A stretch of DNA of 64,000 nucleotides from Gallionella sp. GTDB taxonomy: Bacteria > Pseudomonadota > Gammaproteobacteria > Burkholderiales > Gallionellaceae. The stretch lies in assembly GCA_044230015.1 (NCBI GenBank), contig JBGARW010000001.1, positions 18,205 to 82,204 of the forward strand. Direction: 5' to 3'. Each line of letters begins with the position of its first letter. Position 1 is the stretch's first letter. This document shows positions 1-14,142 of this stretch, piece after piece. The notes under the pieces were generated by a model. The model had not been told where the DNA came from. It ran no database searches and worked only from the letters and a program-made list of their open reading frames with translations. The position numbers and the translations under genes were made by a program.

Positions 1-518
1 AGATGTGGACTGCGCAATATTACAAGTTCGAGAAGCCGCGCCGCTGGATCACTTCCGGCGGCCTGGGCACGATGGGTTTCGGTTTGCCCGCGGCGATGGG
101 CGTGCAGATGGTCAACCCCGGCGCAACGGTGGCATGCGTGACAGGCGAGGGCAGCATCCAGATGAACATCCAGGAACTGTCCACCTGCAAGCAGTTCCGC
201 CTGCCGATCAAGATCGTCGCCCTTAACAACGGCTATCTGGGCATGGTGCGGCAGTGGCAGGAGTTCTTCCATGGCAACCGCTATTCCGAGACCTATATGA
301 ACGCGCTGCCGGATTTCGTCAGGCTGACCGAGGCATACGGGCATGTCGGGATGCGTATCGAAAAGCCTGCGGATGTCGAACCGGCACTGAAAGAGGCATT
401 CGCGCGCAAGCATGACCTGGTGTTCATGGACTTCAGGACCGACCCGACGGAAAACGTCTATCCGATGGTTCCCGGCGGCAGGGGCTTGTCGGAAATCATC
501 CTGGCGGAGGAGCTGTAA
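1..518 (+). CDS. ilvI: acetolactate synthase large subunit, C-terminal fragment (5' end lies outside the window)
   Basis: The ORF (frame of 3..518) runs in from the window edge. It has the ThDP-binding C-terminal motifs GGLGTMGFGLPAAMG and NNGYLGMVRQWQ. Its stop overlaps the ilvH start (TAATG). Confidence 0.9.
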   Translation, partial: MWTAQYYKFEKPRRWITSGGLGTMGFGLPAAMGVQMVNPGATVACVTGEGSIQMNIQELSTCKQFRLPIKIVALNNGYLGMVRQWQEFFHGNRYSETYMNALPDFVRLTEAYGHVGMRIEKPADVEPALKEAFARKHDLVFMDFRTDPTENVYPMVPGGRGLSEIILAEEL

Positions 519-1009
519 TGCGGCATATCATCTCTTTGCTGATGGAGAACGAGGCGGGTGCCCTGTCGCGCGTGGCCGGGCTGTTCTCGGCGCGTGGCTA
601 CAACATCGAGTCCTTGTCGGTCGCGCCGACCGAAGACCCTACCCTGTCGCGCATGACCATCGTCACCAGCGGTTCGGACGCGGTCATCGAACAGATCAAC
701 AAGCAGCTCAACAAGCTGGTGGATGTCGCTGCGATGATCGACCTGAGCGAGGGCGAGCATCTCGAACGCGAATTGATGCTGGTCAAGGTGCGTGCCGAAG
801 GCGATGTGCGTGAAGGGCTGAAACGCATGGCGGATGTTTTTCACGGACGCATCATCGATGAGACCGATCATACCTACACGATCGAGTTGACCGGCTCATG
901 CGCCGAATTGGACAGCCTCCTGAAAAAGATCGGCCGCGACCTGATCCTGGAAACGGTGCGTACCGGGGCTTCATGCATCGGGTGCGGCGACCGGATTTTG
1001 AAACTTTGA
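518..1009 (+). CDS. ilvH: acetolactate synthase small (regulatory) subunit
   Basis: 163 aa with an ACT-domain N-terminus MRHIISLLMENEAGALSRVAGLFSARGYNIESL. It sits between ilvI and ilvC. Confidence 0.93.
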   Translation: MRHIISLLMENEAGALSRVAGLFSARGYNIESLSVAPTEDPTLSRMTIVTSGSDAVIEQINKQLNKLVDVAAMIDLSEGEHLERELMLVKVRAEGDVREGLKRMADVFHGRIIDETDHTYTIELTGSCAELDSLLKKIGRDLILETVRTGASCIGCGDRILKL

Positions 1010-1023
1010 TTTTGGATTTTTAA

Positions 1024-2060
<1,037 letters not shown>

Positions 2061-2061
<1 letters not shown>

Positions 2062-2148
2062 TGAAGGGTGAAAAGTGAAAGGTGAAATGTTGCGGCATTT
2101 TACCTTTCATGGTCTTTCCATCTCACATTTCACGTTTCACATTTCACC
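2061..2148. repeat. heptad (GTGAAAN) tandem array arranged as a long imperfect inverted repeat filling the ilvC-psd spacer
   Basis: Left arm: GTGAAGG GTGAAAA GTGAAAG GTGAAAT (2061-2088). Inner right arm: ATTTTACCTTTCA. Outer right arm: TCACATT TCACGTT TCACATT TCACC (2121-2148), which is the reverse complement of GTGAAAT/GTGAAAC heptads. The array ends at the psd ATG. Confidence 0.8.
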
Positions 2149-2802
2149 ATGAGCCCATATCCCCATCCCATCATCGCCCGTGAGGGCTGGCCGTTCCTGA
2201 TCGGCTCCATTGTCATCGCGCTGCTGCTATCCGCTCTTGTCGGCGGCGCCCCTGAACTGCTGGCGTGGATCGTCGTGCTGTTCGTGGTACAGTTTTTCCG
2301 CGATCCGCCGCGCGAGATCCCGCAGGATGCCGGTGCGGTGCTGTCGCCCGCCGACGGGCGGGTCATCAAGGTCGAGCGCACGCAGGATCCCTACGGGCAA
2401 CGCGAAGCGATCCTGGTCAGTGTGTTCATGAATGTGTTCAACGTGCATTCCAACCGTAGCCCGGTCGACGGTACTGTGGAAAAGGTACAGTATTTCCCGG
2501 GGAAATTCGTAAATGCAGATCTTGACAAGGCCTCTGCGGAGAACGAGCGCAATGCGGTGGTGCTGAGGACTGCTGAGGGCCGGGTCGTGACTTTTGTTCA
2601 GGTGGCTGGCCTGATCGCACGGCGCATCCTGTGCTACGTCAAGGCCGGCGATACGCTGTCGCGCGGCCAGCGCTACGGTTTCATCCGCTTCGGCTCGCGC
2701 GTGGATGTCTATCTGCCGCTGGATGCCGCCGTCAAGGTCAGCATCGGCGACAAGGTGTCGGCAACCACCACCATCTTGGCAATCCTCCCGGAAAACGGTT
2801 AA
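2149..2802 (+). CDS. psd: phosphatidylserine decarboxylase, short (Asd-like) form
   Basis: 217 aa with an N-terminal TM segment and the C-terminal [12 protein letters not shown] self-cleavage motif. It is adjacent to pssA. Confidence 0.85.
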   Translation: MSPYPHPIIAREGWPFLIGSIVIALLLSALVGGAPELLAWIVVLFVVQFFRDPPREIPQDAGAVLSPADGRVIKVERTQDPYGQREAILVSVFMNVFNVHSNRSPVDGTVEKVQYFPGKFVNADLDKASAENERNAVVLRTAEGRVVTFVQVAGLIARRILCYVKAGDTLSRGQRYGFIRFGSRVDVYLPLDAAVKVSIGDKVSATTTILAILPENG

Positions 2803-2811
2803 TCTGGCCGC

Positions 2812-3561
2812 ATGGACGAATTCGACATACGCAAGCCGATGAATCTGCGCCGGCGCGGCATTTACCTGTTGCCCAACCTGTTCACGACCGGCGCACTGTT
2901 TGCCGGTTTTTACGCGATCGTTCAGGCGATGAATGTCCGTTTCGAATTTGCGGCAGTGGCGATCTTCATCGCCATGGTGCTGGACGGGCTGGATGGGCGC
3001 GTGGCGCGGCTGACGCATACCCAAAGCGAATTCGGCGCAGAATACGACAGCCTGTCCGACATGGTCTCGTTCGGTGTTGCGCCGGCATTGGTCATGTACG
3101 AGTGGGCTTTGAAAGGGCTGGGCAAGTGGGGCTGGTTCGCCGCGTTCATTTATTGCGCTGCCACCGCGTTGCGCCTGGCGCGCTTCAACACCAACATCGA
3201 CGTGGTCGACAAACGCTACTTCCAGGGCCTGCCCAGCCCGGCTGCCGCTGCGTTGGTGGCGGGTTTCGTCTGGGTGATGCTGGACTACGGCTTCAAAGGC
3301 GGCGAATTGCGCTGGTATGCGGCGGCATTGACGGTGTTCGCGGGATTGAGCATGGTCAGCAATCTGCCGTTCTACAGTTTCAAAGACCTGAACATGCGCA
3401 AGAGCGTACCGTTCATGGTGATCTTCCTGATCGCACTGTTCTTCATCCTGATTTCCAGTTATCCGCCCGGTGTATTGTTTGCCTTGTTCCTCGGCTATGC
3501 CTTGTCCGGCTATGTGCTGTGGCTGCTGCGTCTGCGCAAAAAACAACAGCCCATTGTCTGA
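2812..3561 (+). CDS. pssA: CDP-diacylglycerol--serine O-phosphatidyltransferase
   Basis: 249 aa polytopic protein with the CDP-alcohol phosphatidyltransferase motif DGLDGRVARLTHTQSEFGAEYDSLSD. Confidence 0.9.
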   Translation: MDEFDIRKPMNLRRRGIYLLPNLFTTGALFAGFYAIVQAMNVRFEFAAVAIFIAMVLDGLDGRVARLTHTQSEFGAEYDSLSDMVSFGVAPALVMYEWALKGLGKWGWFAAFIYCAATALRLARFNTNIDVVDKRYFQGLPSPAAAALVAGFVWVMLDYGFKGGELRWYAAALTVFAGLSMVSNLPFYSFKDLNMRKSVPFMVIFLIALFFILISSYPPGVLFALFLGYALSGYVLWLLRLRKKQQPIV

Positions 3562-3581
3562 TGCGATAAAACTGGTAATAT
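3554..3581 (+). promoter_or_regulatory. candidate sigma70 promoter upstream of the leuA leader
   Basis: TTGTCT (3554-3559), a 16-nt spacer, then TAATAT (3576-3581). The predicted start site is at about 3588, next to the leader ATG at 3589. Confidence 0.35.
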
Positions 3582-3588
3582 CTGCCCC

Positions 3589-3669
3589 ATGCATTTCTCC
3601 ACGCACATCGCATTACTTCACTCCACGTTCAGCCTGCTGGCTGCGCTGCTGCTGCGCGGCGCGCGCTAA
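3589..3669 (+). CDS. candidate Leu-rich leader peptide of leuA (26 aa, MHFSTHIALLHSTFSLLAALLLRGAR)
   Basis: This small ORF is absent from the supplied track because it is under 60 aa. It has 7 Leu of 26 residues, including LL-AA-LLL, and lies 84 nt upstream of leuA. No clear intrinsic terminator was found, so it remains tentative. Confidence 0.35.
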   Translation: MHFSTHIALLHSTFSLLAALLLRGAR

Positions 3670-3752
3670 TCACACACTAGATCATCAGAAGTAAGCGGGC
3701 TAACCGTATATCGGTTACGCAGGTTCAACCTATTCGCATTGGAGTTTTCACC

Positions 3753-5288
3753 ATGACAGAGAAATTGATTATTTTCGACACCACCTTGCGCGATGGCGAG
3801 CAAAGCCCCGGCGCGTCGATGACCGGGGAAATGAAGATCCGCATTGCGCGCCAGCTGGAAAAACTGGGTGTGGATGTGATCGAAGCGGGCTTTGCCGCGG
3901 CCAGCTCCGGGGATTTCGAGGCGGTGAAGGACGTTGCAAGAACCGTGAGAAACTCCACGGTGTGCTCGCTGGCGCGCGCTTCGGAGAACGATGTACGCCG
4001 CGCCGGTGAAGCGATCCGCCCGGCGAAGTCGGGGCGTATCCACACTTTCATCGCCACCAGCCCGATCCACATGCAGCACAAATTGCGCATGACCAAGGAT
4101 CAGGTGGTGGAGCGCGCGGTCAGCGCGGTGAAGTGGGCGCTCGAATATACGGACGATGTGGAATTTTCCGCCGAGGATGCGGTGCGTTCAGAGATGGATT
4201 TCCTGGTGCGGGTGTTCGATGCGGTGATCAAGGCCGGAGCCAAAACATTGAACGTGCCGGATACAGTGGGCTATTCCATTCCCGCCGCATGGGGTGAACG
4301 CATCCGGCAACTGATCGCGCGCGTGCCGGATTCGGACAAGGTGGTCTGGTCCACACACTGCCACAACGATCTGGGTCTTGCCGTGGCGAATTCCCTGTCG
4401 GCAGTGATGAACGGCGCGCGTCAGGTGGAATGCACCATCAACGGGCTGGGTGAACGCGCCGGCAACGCCTCGCTGGAGGAGATCGTGATGGCGGTCAGGA
4501 CGCGCCGTGATGTGTTCAACCTGGACACACGCATCGACACCACGCAGATCGTGCCGACTTCAAAACTGGTTTCCAGCATCACCGGTTATCCGGTACAGCC
4601 GAACAAGGCGATCGTCGGTGCGAACGCCTTCGCGCACGAATCCGGCATCCACCAGGACGGTGTGCTCAAGCACCGCGAGACCTACGAGATCATGCGCGCC
4701 GAGGATGTGGGCTGGCATGCCAACAAGCTGACGCTGGGCAAACTCTCCGGGCGCAACGCGTTGCGCCAGCGTTTTGCCGCGCTGGATATCGAATTCGGTT
4801 CGGAAGAAGCGTTCAATGCCGCATTCCAGCGCTTCAAGGAGCTGGCGGACCGCAAGCACGAGATCTTCGACGAGGACTTGCAGGCGTTGGTGAGCGACGA
4901 GGCGGTGGGGCAGGTCAGCGAGCATTATCATCTGATTTCCATGCGCGCCCATAGCGAGACTGGCATCTTGCCGGTGGCAAGGGTGGTTATGGATATCGGC
5001 GGCGCGCAGCACGACGCCGAGGCGCAAGGTGGCGGGCCGGTGGATGCGACCTTTCAGGCCATCGAGAAGATCGTGCACAGCGGCACCGAGTTGCAACTCT
5101 ATTCGGTGAACAACATCACCAGCGGCACCGATGCGCAGGGCGAGGTGACGGTGCGCCTCGCCAAGGGGGGGCGGATCGTCAACGGGCAGGGCGCGGATAC
5201 CGATATCGTGGTGGCTTCCGCCAAGGCCTATCTGAATGCGCTCAACAAATTGCACAGCAAGCTGGAGCGCGCCCACCCGCAGTTGTGA
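3753..5288 (+). CDS. leuA: 2-isopropylmalate synthase
   Basis: 511 aa with the motifs [14 protein letters not shown] and [13 protein letters not shown], plus a C-terminal LeuA dimerisation/regulatory region. Confidence 0.96.
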   Translation: MTEKLIIFDTTLRDGEQSPGASMTGEMKIRIARQLEKLGVDVIEAGFAAASSGDFEAVKDVARTVRNSTVCSLARASENDVRRAGEAIRPAKSGRIHTFIATSPIHMQHKLRMTKDQVVERAVSAVKWALEYTDDVEFSAEDAVRSEMDFLVRVFDAVIKAGAKTLNVPDTVGYSIPAAWGERIRQLIARVPDSDKVVWSTHCHNDLGLAVANSLSAVMNGARQVECTINGLGERAGNASLEEIVMAVRTRRDVFNLDTRIDTTQIVPTSKLVSSITGYPVQPNKAIVGANAFAHESGIHQDGVLKHRETYEIMRAEDVGWHANKLTLGKLSGRNALRQRFAALDIEFGSEEAFNAAFQRFKELADRKHEIFDEDLQALVSDEAVGQVSEHYHLISMRAHSETGILPVARVVMDIGGAQHDAEAQGGGPVDATFQAIEKIVHSGTELQLYSVNNITSGTDAQGEVTVRLAKGGRIVNGQGADTDIVVASAKAYLNALNKLHSKLERAHPQL

Positions 5289-5544
5289 ACTGCCAGTGCG
5301 CAGGCTGGGTACTTCCTGTTTTCGGCCCCGGCTTGTCCGGGTCGGGGTGGCCGAAACCCAAATTCCTTGCAAGCGCCCATTACACGCCCCGTATTTGAGC
5401 GGCCCCTGAATCTTTAGGGTTCCTTAACATTTCGAAACAATTGTTTTTGAACATATTGACGGATGCATAGTCATAATCCTGCATCATGGGTTGCAGGGGT
5501 TTTATGGATCCCTGCCATTTTTGTAAATTTCACTGGAGATCGTC

Positions 5545-6633
5545 TTGAATAAGATTCTGTTAGGTTCCGTATTATTGCTGACCTCGCTGGGAGCCAATGC
5601 CGCCCTGATCGAGTGTTCCATCATTCCCCACTCCCAATGTCCCCATGCGGAATTCTCCGGAAAGAATCTGGCGCAGGCGAATCTGCAGGAGGCGCACCTC
5701 ATCGAAGGCGACCTGTCGCGCGCCGACCTGACCAAGGCCAACCTCAAGGGCGCGAACATCTACCACGGCAAGCTGATGGGCGGCAATTTCACCGAGGCGG
5801 ATATGACCGACATCACGCTGTATAACGCCGACCTGACCGGGGCGAACCTGACCGGGGCGAACCTGACGCGCGCCAAGCTCAAAGGCGCCAACCTGACCGA
5901 TGCCAACCTGACCGATGCCAACCTGACCGATGCAGAGATCGAAAATGCAAAATTCAATAAGGCGGTTTTCTGCCGCACGACGATGCCGAACGGCATCGTG
6001 AACAGCGGCGCGAACTGTCCTGCCAAAAAAACCGAAAGAAACGCCAGGTCCGAGCAGGCCGAGGCTGCGGAGAGCGCCATCAATGGCTGCGTGATCCAGC
6101 CGCGCACGGTATGCACGAATGCTGCGCTGGCCGAGGCCAATCTGGGTTCCGCCAGCCTTTCCGGCGCGCAGCTCTTCATGGGCAATCTGGCGCAGGCCAA
6201 CCTGTTCAAGGCCAATCTCGGCAAGGCCAACCTGACCGAAGCCAACCTGACCCGCGCCAATCTGACCCGCGCCAACCTGTCGCAAGCCAACCTGACCGAT
6301 GCCAACCTGAACAAGGCGGTGCTGCGCGGCGCACAACTTGAACGCGCCAATCTGACCGGCGCGATCCTGCTGAATGCCGACCTGACCGACGCCGACCTGA
6401 GCGGCGCAAATATCGCCGATGCCACGCTGACCGGTGCGACCTTCTGCAATACGGTCATGCCCAACGGCACGGTGAACAACAGCAGTTGCATGGCTGAAAA
6501 AAAAACCCTAGAGGTTACTGAACCGGCAAAGGTCGAGCCGATAAAGGCCGAGCCGGCCGTGGAACAAATCAAACCAGCTGAGCCTGTTAAGACCGCCAAA
6601 CCGGCGGCCAAGGCAAAGACCAAGAGCAAGTAA
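5545..6633 (+). CDS. exported pentapeptide-repeat protein with two repeat modules and a Lys/Pro/Ala-rich tail
   Basis: TTG start 6 nt after GGAG. Signal peptide MNKILLGSVLLLTSLGANA. There are two runs of A(N/D)L(T/S)x pentapeptides, each preceded by a Cys pair and followed by FC.T.MPNG.VN...C. The tail reads PAKVEPIKAEP...AKAKTKSK. Confidence 0.85.
   Translation: MNKILLGSVLLLTSLGANAALIECSIIPHSQCPHAEFSGKNLAQANLQEAHLIEGDLSRADLTKANLKGANIYHGKLMGGNFTEADMTDITLYNADLTGANLTGANLTRAKLKGANLTDANLTDANLTDAEIENAKFNKAVFCRTTMPNGIVNSGANCPAKKTERNARSEQAEAAESAINGCVIQPRTVCTNAALAEANLGSASLSGAQLFMGNLAQANLFKANLGKANLTEANLTRANLTRANLSQANLTDANLNKAVLRGAQLERANLTGAILLNADLTDADLSGANIADATLTGATFCNTVMPNGTVNNSSCMAEKKTLEVTEPAKVEPIKAEPAVEQIKPAEPVKTAKPAAKAKTKSK
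5887..5931 (+). repeat. perfect 3 x 15-nt tandem repeat (GCCAACCTGACCGAT) inside the pentapeptide gene
   Basis: Direct reading gives three identical consecutive units, each encoding ANLTD. Confidence 0.95.
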
Positions 6634-6657
6634 CCACCCGGTAGGGTGCAAGGACAA

Positions 6658-6686
6658 GGGCACGCTGCGCGTGCCCTTTTGCTTTT
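6658..6686 (+). terminator. rho-independent terminator after the pentapeptide gene
   Basis: Stem GGGCACGC, loop TGC, stem GCGTGCCC, followed by TTTTGCTTTT. Confidence 0.75.
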
Positions 6687-6890
6687 CCGTTATGGAGGCC
6701 GCTTATTTGCCTTGTGCGGCAGTGACAAGCTGCACCATCTGCCGTTTAGCATCCTGCTGGCAGGTTGAGACATCAGGATTTGTTTGTCGGTTATCATGCG
6801 CGGATCACGGGGATATTTGCATAACCGCTGCGCATGGCAATGCTTCGTCGAGAGCGGTTCGGAATCCTTTACAGGCCGGAGTGGTTAACC

Positions 6891-8114
6891 ATGCAAGAGA
6901 ATTTGCGGAACCTTCTGAATTTCATGCGCTTCATCACGGCGCGTTTCAACCAGGACCGCTGCGTGCAGATCGCGGCGAGCCTGACCTTCACCACGCTGCT
7001 TTCGCTGGTGCCGTTGTTCACCGTGGCCCTGGCGATGTTCTCGGTATTCCCGCTGTTCGAAGACTTTTCCAGCCAGATCAGGGCCTATCTGGTCGACAAC
7101 CTGATGCCGGACATGGCGGGGAAGATCATTACGCAATATATGCAGCAGTTCACCGAGAACGCAATGCGCCTGACGGCAGTCGGCATCGTGTTCCTTGCGG
7201 TGACGGCCATGCTGATGATGCTGACCATAGACCATGCGTTCAATGCCATCTGGAGAGTGTCCCGGCCGCGGCCATTGCTCAAACGACTGATTGTTTACTG
7301 GGCGGTACTCACTCTCGCGCCGTTGCTCATCGGCGCGAGCCTGTCATTGACCTCATGGCTGGTCGGGTTATCGATGGGTTATGTCAAACAGATCCCGATA
7401 TCCGGCGTGGGGATATTGAGGATATTGCCGGCGCTGCTCACCACGTCGGCGTTCACCATGTTGTTCAAGTTGGTGCCGAATCGTTATGTGCCGCGCTCAC
7501 ATGCATTGATCGGAGCGATCGTGGCAGCGCTCATCTTCGAGTCCATGAACCGCGTGTTCGGGTATTACGTCAGTCATTTCCCCACCTACAAGCTGGTATA
7601 TGGCGCATTCGCCAGCGTGCCGGTTTTTCTGATGTGGATCTACCTGTCCTGGCTGACCATTCTGGTCGGCGCAGTGATCGCGGCATCATTGTCCCATTGG
7701 CGCGCCCCTGTGGCACAGCAACTGCCGCCTGCCGCCCAACTGCTGGATGCGCTGCGTGTGCTGCGAATCATGGCAAGTGGTTTACAGCATGGCAGGGTGA
7801 GCACCTTCCCGGAGCTGTCCAGGTCCCTGAACCTCGGTTATGACGTGCTGGAGGGAATTCTTGAGAAACTGGTAAGAGCCGATATGGTGCGCAAGGCAGA
7901 AGGGCAAGGCTGGCTGCTGATGCGTGATGCAAGCCATATCCGCACCGCCGAATTGTTGCGTCTGTTCGTGCTGGACCATGGCACATTGTCCGCCGGGCAG
8001 AGTGACGATCCGCTGCAGCAATGGATCCTCGGTTGTGCCGGCCAGCTTGAGCAAGGCGCCGACCTGACCTTGCAGGAGCTCTTTGCGCGCAGCGCGAAGC
8101 ACGAAACCATCTGA
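6891..8114 (+). CDS. yihY: YihY/BrkB-family inner membrane protein with a C-terminal soluble extension
   Basis: I chose the ATG at 6891, which follows GGAG; the track ORF starts earlier, at 6834. The N-terminus NFMRFITARFNQDRCVQIAASLTFTTLLSLVPL is typical of the family. There are about 6 TM segments. The last ~130 aa are hydrophilic and helix-rich. Confidence 0.8.
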   Translation: MQENLRNLLNFMRFITARFNQDRCVQIAASLTFTTLLSLVPLFTVALAMFSVFPLFEDFSSQIRAYLVDNLMPDMAGKIITQYMQQFTENAMRLTAVGIVFLAVTAMLMMLTIDHAFNAIWRVSRPRPLLKRLIVYWAVLTLAPLLIGASLSLTSWLVGLSMGYVKQIPISGVGILRILPALLTTSAFTMLFKLVPNRYVPRSHALIGAIVAALIFESMNRVFGYYVSHFPTYKLVYGAFASVPVFLMWIYLSWLTILVGAVIAASLSHWRAPVAQQLPPAAQLLDALRVLRIMASGLQHGRVSTFPELSRSLNLGYDVLEGILEKLVRADMVRKAEGQGWLLMRDASHIRTAELLRLFVLDHGTLSAGQSDDPLQQWILGCAGQLEQGADLTLQELFARSAKHETI

Positions 8115-8196
8115 ACAGGCTCTTGCCATGGCCGCCGGACAGGCATGCCGGATGCGGCTTGAATGGTGCACAGGGTGGGATCTTGTGACCCGGTGA

Positions 8197-9882
<1,686 letters not shown>

Positions 9883-9973
9883 ACACGGTGCGCGTAGCGG
9901 CGGTGCGGGTAATGCCGCCAGCCGCCGAGATCGCCATGTATGGTATTTCGTATGGCGATAAAGAGGCGGCGGC

Positions 9974-12122
<2,149 letters not shown>

Positions 12123-12123
<1 letters not shown>

Positions 12124-12467
12124 TGCGCCGTCCCGTCACACTGATACTGGCAGTCTTGTTGCTGCTGTTGCAGTATCCGCTATGGCTGGGCAAGGGCGGC
12201 TGGTTAAAGGTGTGGGACCTGAACCGCCAGGTCGAGGCGCAGTATCAGATCAATCAGCAGACACAAGCGCGCAACGCTTTGCTGGATACCGAGGTGCGCG
12301 ATCTCAAACAGGGCACCGAAGCCATCGAGGAGCGTGCCCGCAGTGAACTGGGCATGATCAAGCACGACGAGGTCTTCTTCCGGATCATGGAAAACCCGCC
12401 TGCCCAAATGATAGAGAAACAGGCGGTATCGTTGCCCGCTTCCGCTGTTCCGGTCAATTCCAGATAA
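12123..12467 (+). CDS. ftsB: cell division protein FtsB
   Basis: About 114 aa with one N-terminal TM segment ([17 protein letters not shown]) followed by a coiled coil. Its ATG overlaps the eno stop (TGATG). The eno-ftsB order is conserved. Confidence 0.85.
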
Positions 12468-12605
12468 CATACCCATGACCGATGGCCGGCCCTGTGCCTG
12501 GCGGGGCTGACCGGAGGCGGGTCGTTTCAGCAGTTCCTCTGTCAGATACCGATCAGTCGGACGCGCGGGTTTGCGGCGGATAGTCTACCGTTCAAGGAAC
12601 GCCCG

Positions 12606-13457
12606 TTATTCCGCTGTTCGTTCTGCCGCGCGTACCGTGTTCGCCACCAGCATGGTGATGGTCATCGGGCCGACGCCGCCGGGCACGGGGGTGATCCAGC
12701 CGGCGACTTCCTTGGCGGAATCGAAATCCACGTCGCCACACAGCTTGCCGTCGGGCAGGCGGTTGATGCCGACGTCGATCACCGCCGCGCCGGGCTTGAC
12801 CATGTCACCGGTGATCATCCTGGCCTTGCCGGTGGCGACCACGAGGATATCGGCGTCGCGTGTGTGCCTGGCGAGGTCGACGGTCCTGGAGGTGCAGATC
12901 GTGACAGTGGCGTTATGCTGCAACAGCATCAGCGCCATCGGCTTGCCGACGATGTTGCTGCGCCCGACCACCACGGCATGCTTGCCCTCGATGGGCACGC
13001 CGCATCTTTCCAACAGCTTCATCGCGCCGTAAGGCGTGCAGGGGGCGAAGCGCATGTTGCCGGTGGCCAGCGCGCCGACATTCATCGGATGGAAGCCGTC
13101 GACATCCTTGTCCGGGCTGATGGCCTCGAGCACCTTGCTGCTGTCGATGTGTTTCGGCACCGGCAGTTGCACGAGGATACCGTGGATCTTCGGGTCGTTG
13201 TTCAATGCGGTGATCTTCACCAGCAGTGCGGCTTCCGGCGTGTCTGCCGGCATGACGACGTGTTCGGAATGCAGGCCGAGTTCGGCGCAGGCCTTTACCT
13301 TGTTGGCGACGTACACCTTGGAGGCGGGGTCTTCCCCTACGATGATGACCGCCAGCCCCGGCGTGATGCCGCGCGCCTTCAGCGCATCGGCGCGTTCCTT
13401 CCATTCGGCACGTACCTGCTGGGCGATGGTTTTTCCGTCGATAATCTGTGCTGCCAT
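12606..13457 (-). CDS. folD: bifunctional methylenetetrahydrofolate dehydrogenase/cyclohydrolase
   Basis: 283 aa with the motifs [12 protein letters not shown] and [11 protein letters not shown]. Confidence 0.95.
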   Translation of the reverse strand: MAAQIIDGKTIAQQVRAEWKERADALKARGITPGLAVIIVGEDPASKVYVANKVKACAELGLHSEHVVMPADTPEAALLVKITALNNDPKIHGILVQLPVPKHIDSSKVLEAISPDKDVDGFHPMNVGALATGNMRFAPCTPYGAMKLLERCGVPIEGKHAVVVGRSNIVGKPMALMLLQHNATVTICTSRTVDLARHTRDADILVVATGKARMITGDMVKPGAAVIDVGINRLPDGKLCGDVDFDSAKEVAGWITPVPGGVGPMTITMLVANTVRAAERTAE

Positions 13458-13481
13458 GATCTTCTCCCGTCTGTTGGCGTG

Positions 13482-14027
13482 TTATATGCCTGTATAGATC
13501 TTTTTTCTATACCGCCCGATGCCCTCCATGATTTCCGCGTGGGCCGCCTCAACCCCTTGCCAACCATTGATCTTCACCCACTTGCCAGGCTCCAGGGCCT
13601 TGTAGAGCTCGAAGAAATGCTTTACCTGCTCCAGTGTGATCTCCGGCAGGTCTTTGTAGGTTTGCACGTTGTGGTACAGGGGGGTCAGTTTGTCCGTGGG
13701 TACCGCGATGATCTTGGCATCGCCGCCGCCTTCATCCTCCATGCTCAACATGCCGACCGGGCGGCAGGGGATGATAGCACCATGAACGATGGGAAATGCG
13801 GTGACCACCAGCACATCCACCGGGTCGCCGTCATCGGCGATGGTTTCCGGGATGAAGCCGTAATTGCACGGATAGCGCATCAGCGACCCGATGAAGCGAT
13901 CCACCACCAGCACGCCGGATTCCTTGTCCACTTCGTATTTTACCGGGTCGGCGTGTTTGGGGATCTCGACGATGACATTGCACTCATGGGGAATGTTGTC
14001 GCCGGGGCGCACATTTAACAGACTCAT
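13482..14027 (-). CDS. ppa: soluble inorganic pyrophosphatase (family I)
   Basis: 181 aa with the motifs YPCNYGFIPET and DGDPVDVLV. Confidence 0.94.
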   Translation of the reverse strand: MSLLNVRPGDNIPHECNVIVEIPKHADPVKYEVDKESGVLVVDRFIGSLMRYPCNYGFIPETIADDGDPVDVLVVTAFPIVHGAIIPCRPVGMLSMEDEGGGDAKIIAVPTDKLTPLYHNVQTYKDLPEITLEQVKHFFELYKALEPGKWVKINGWQGVEAAHAEIMEGIGRYRKKIYTGI

Positions 14028-14142
14028 ACGGTTCCTTAAGGTAAGCGAAATAAAAAGCGCGCAATTATAAGCGAATCAGGGCGGTGGCGCAGGGCCGTAT
14101 TCGGTTTAGAATGGCCCATCTTTATCGCTGGGAGGTCGCGCT

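Noticed and set aside
2227-3606. 459-aa minus-strand ORF spanning psd and pssA
   Set aside because: It is antisense to two well-supported lipid-synthesis genes and has a shadow-ORF composition.
5318-5357. Hairpin after leuA (GTTTTCGGCC ... GGCCGAAAC) as a terminator
   Set aside because: The stem is interrupted and no U-run follows. It may be structural, but I could not support a terminator call.
5830-6420. Regularly spaced short DNA repeats that could resemble a CRISPR array
   Set aside because: They have 15-nt periodicity with no unique spacers. They lie inside an ORF and simply encode A(N/D)LT(D/R/G/E) pentapeptide repeats.
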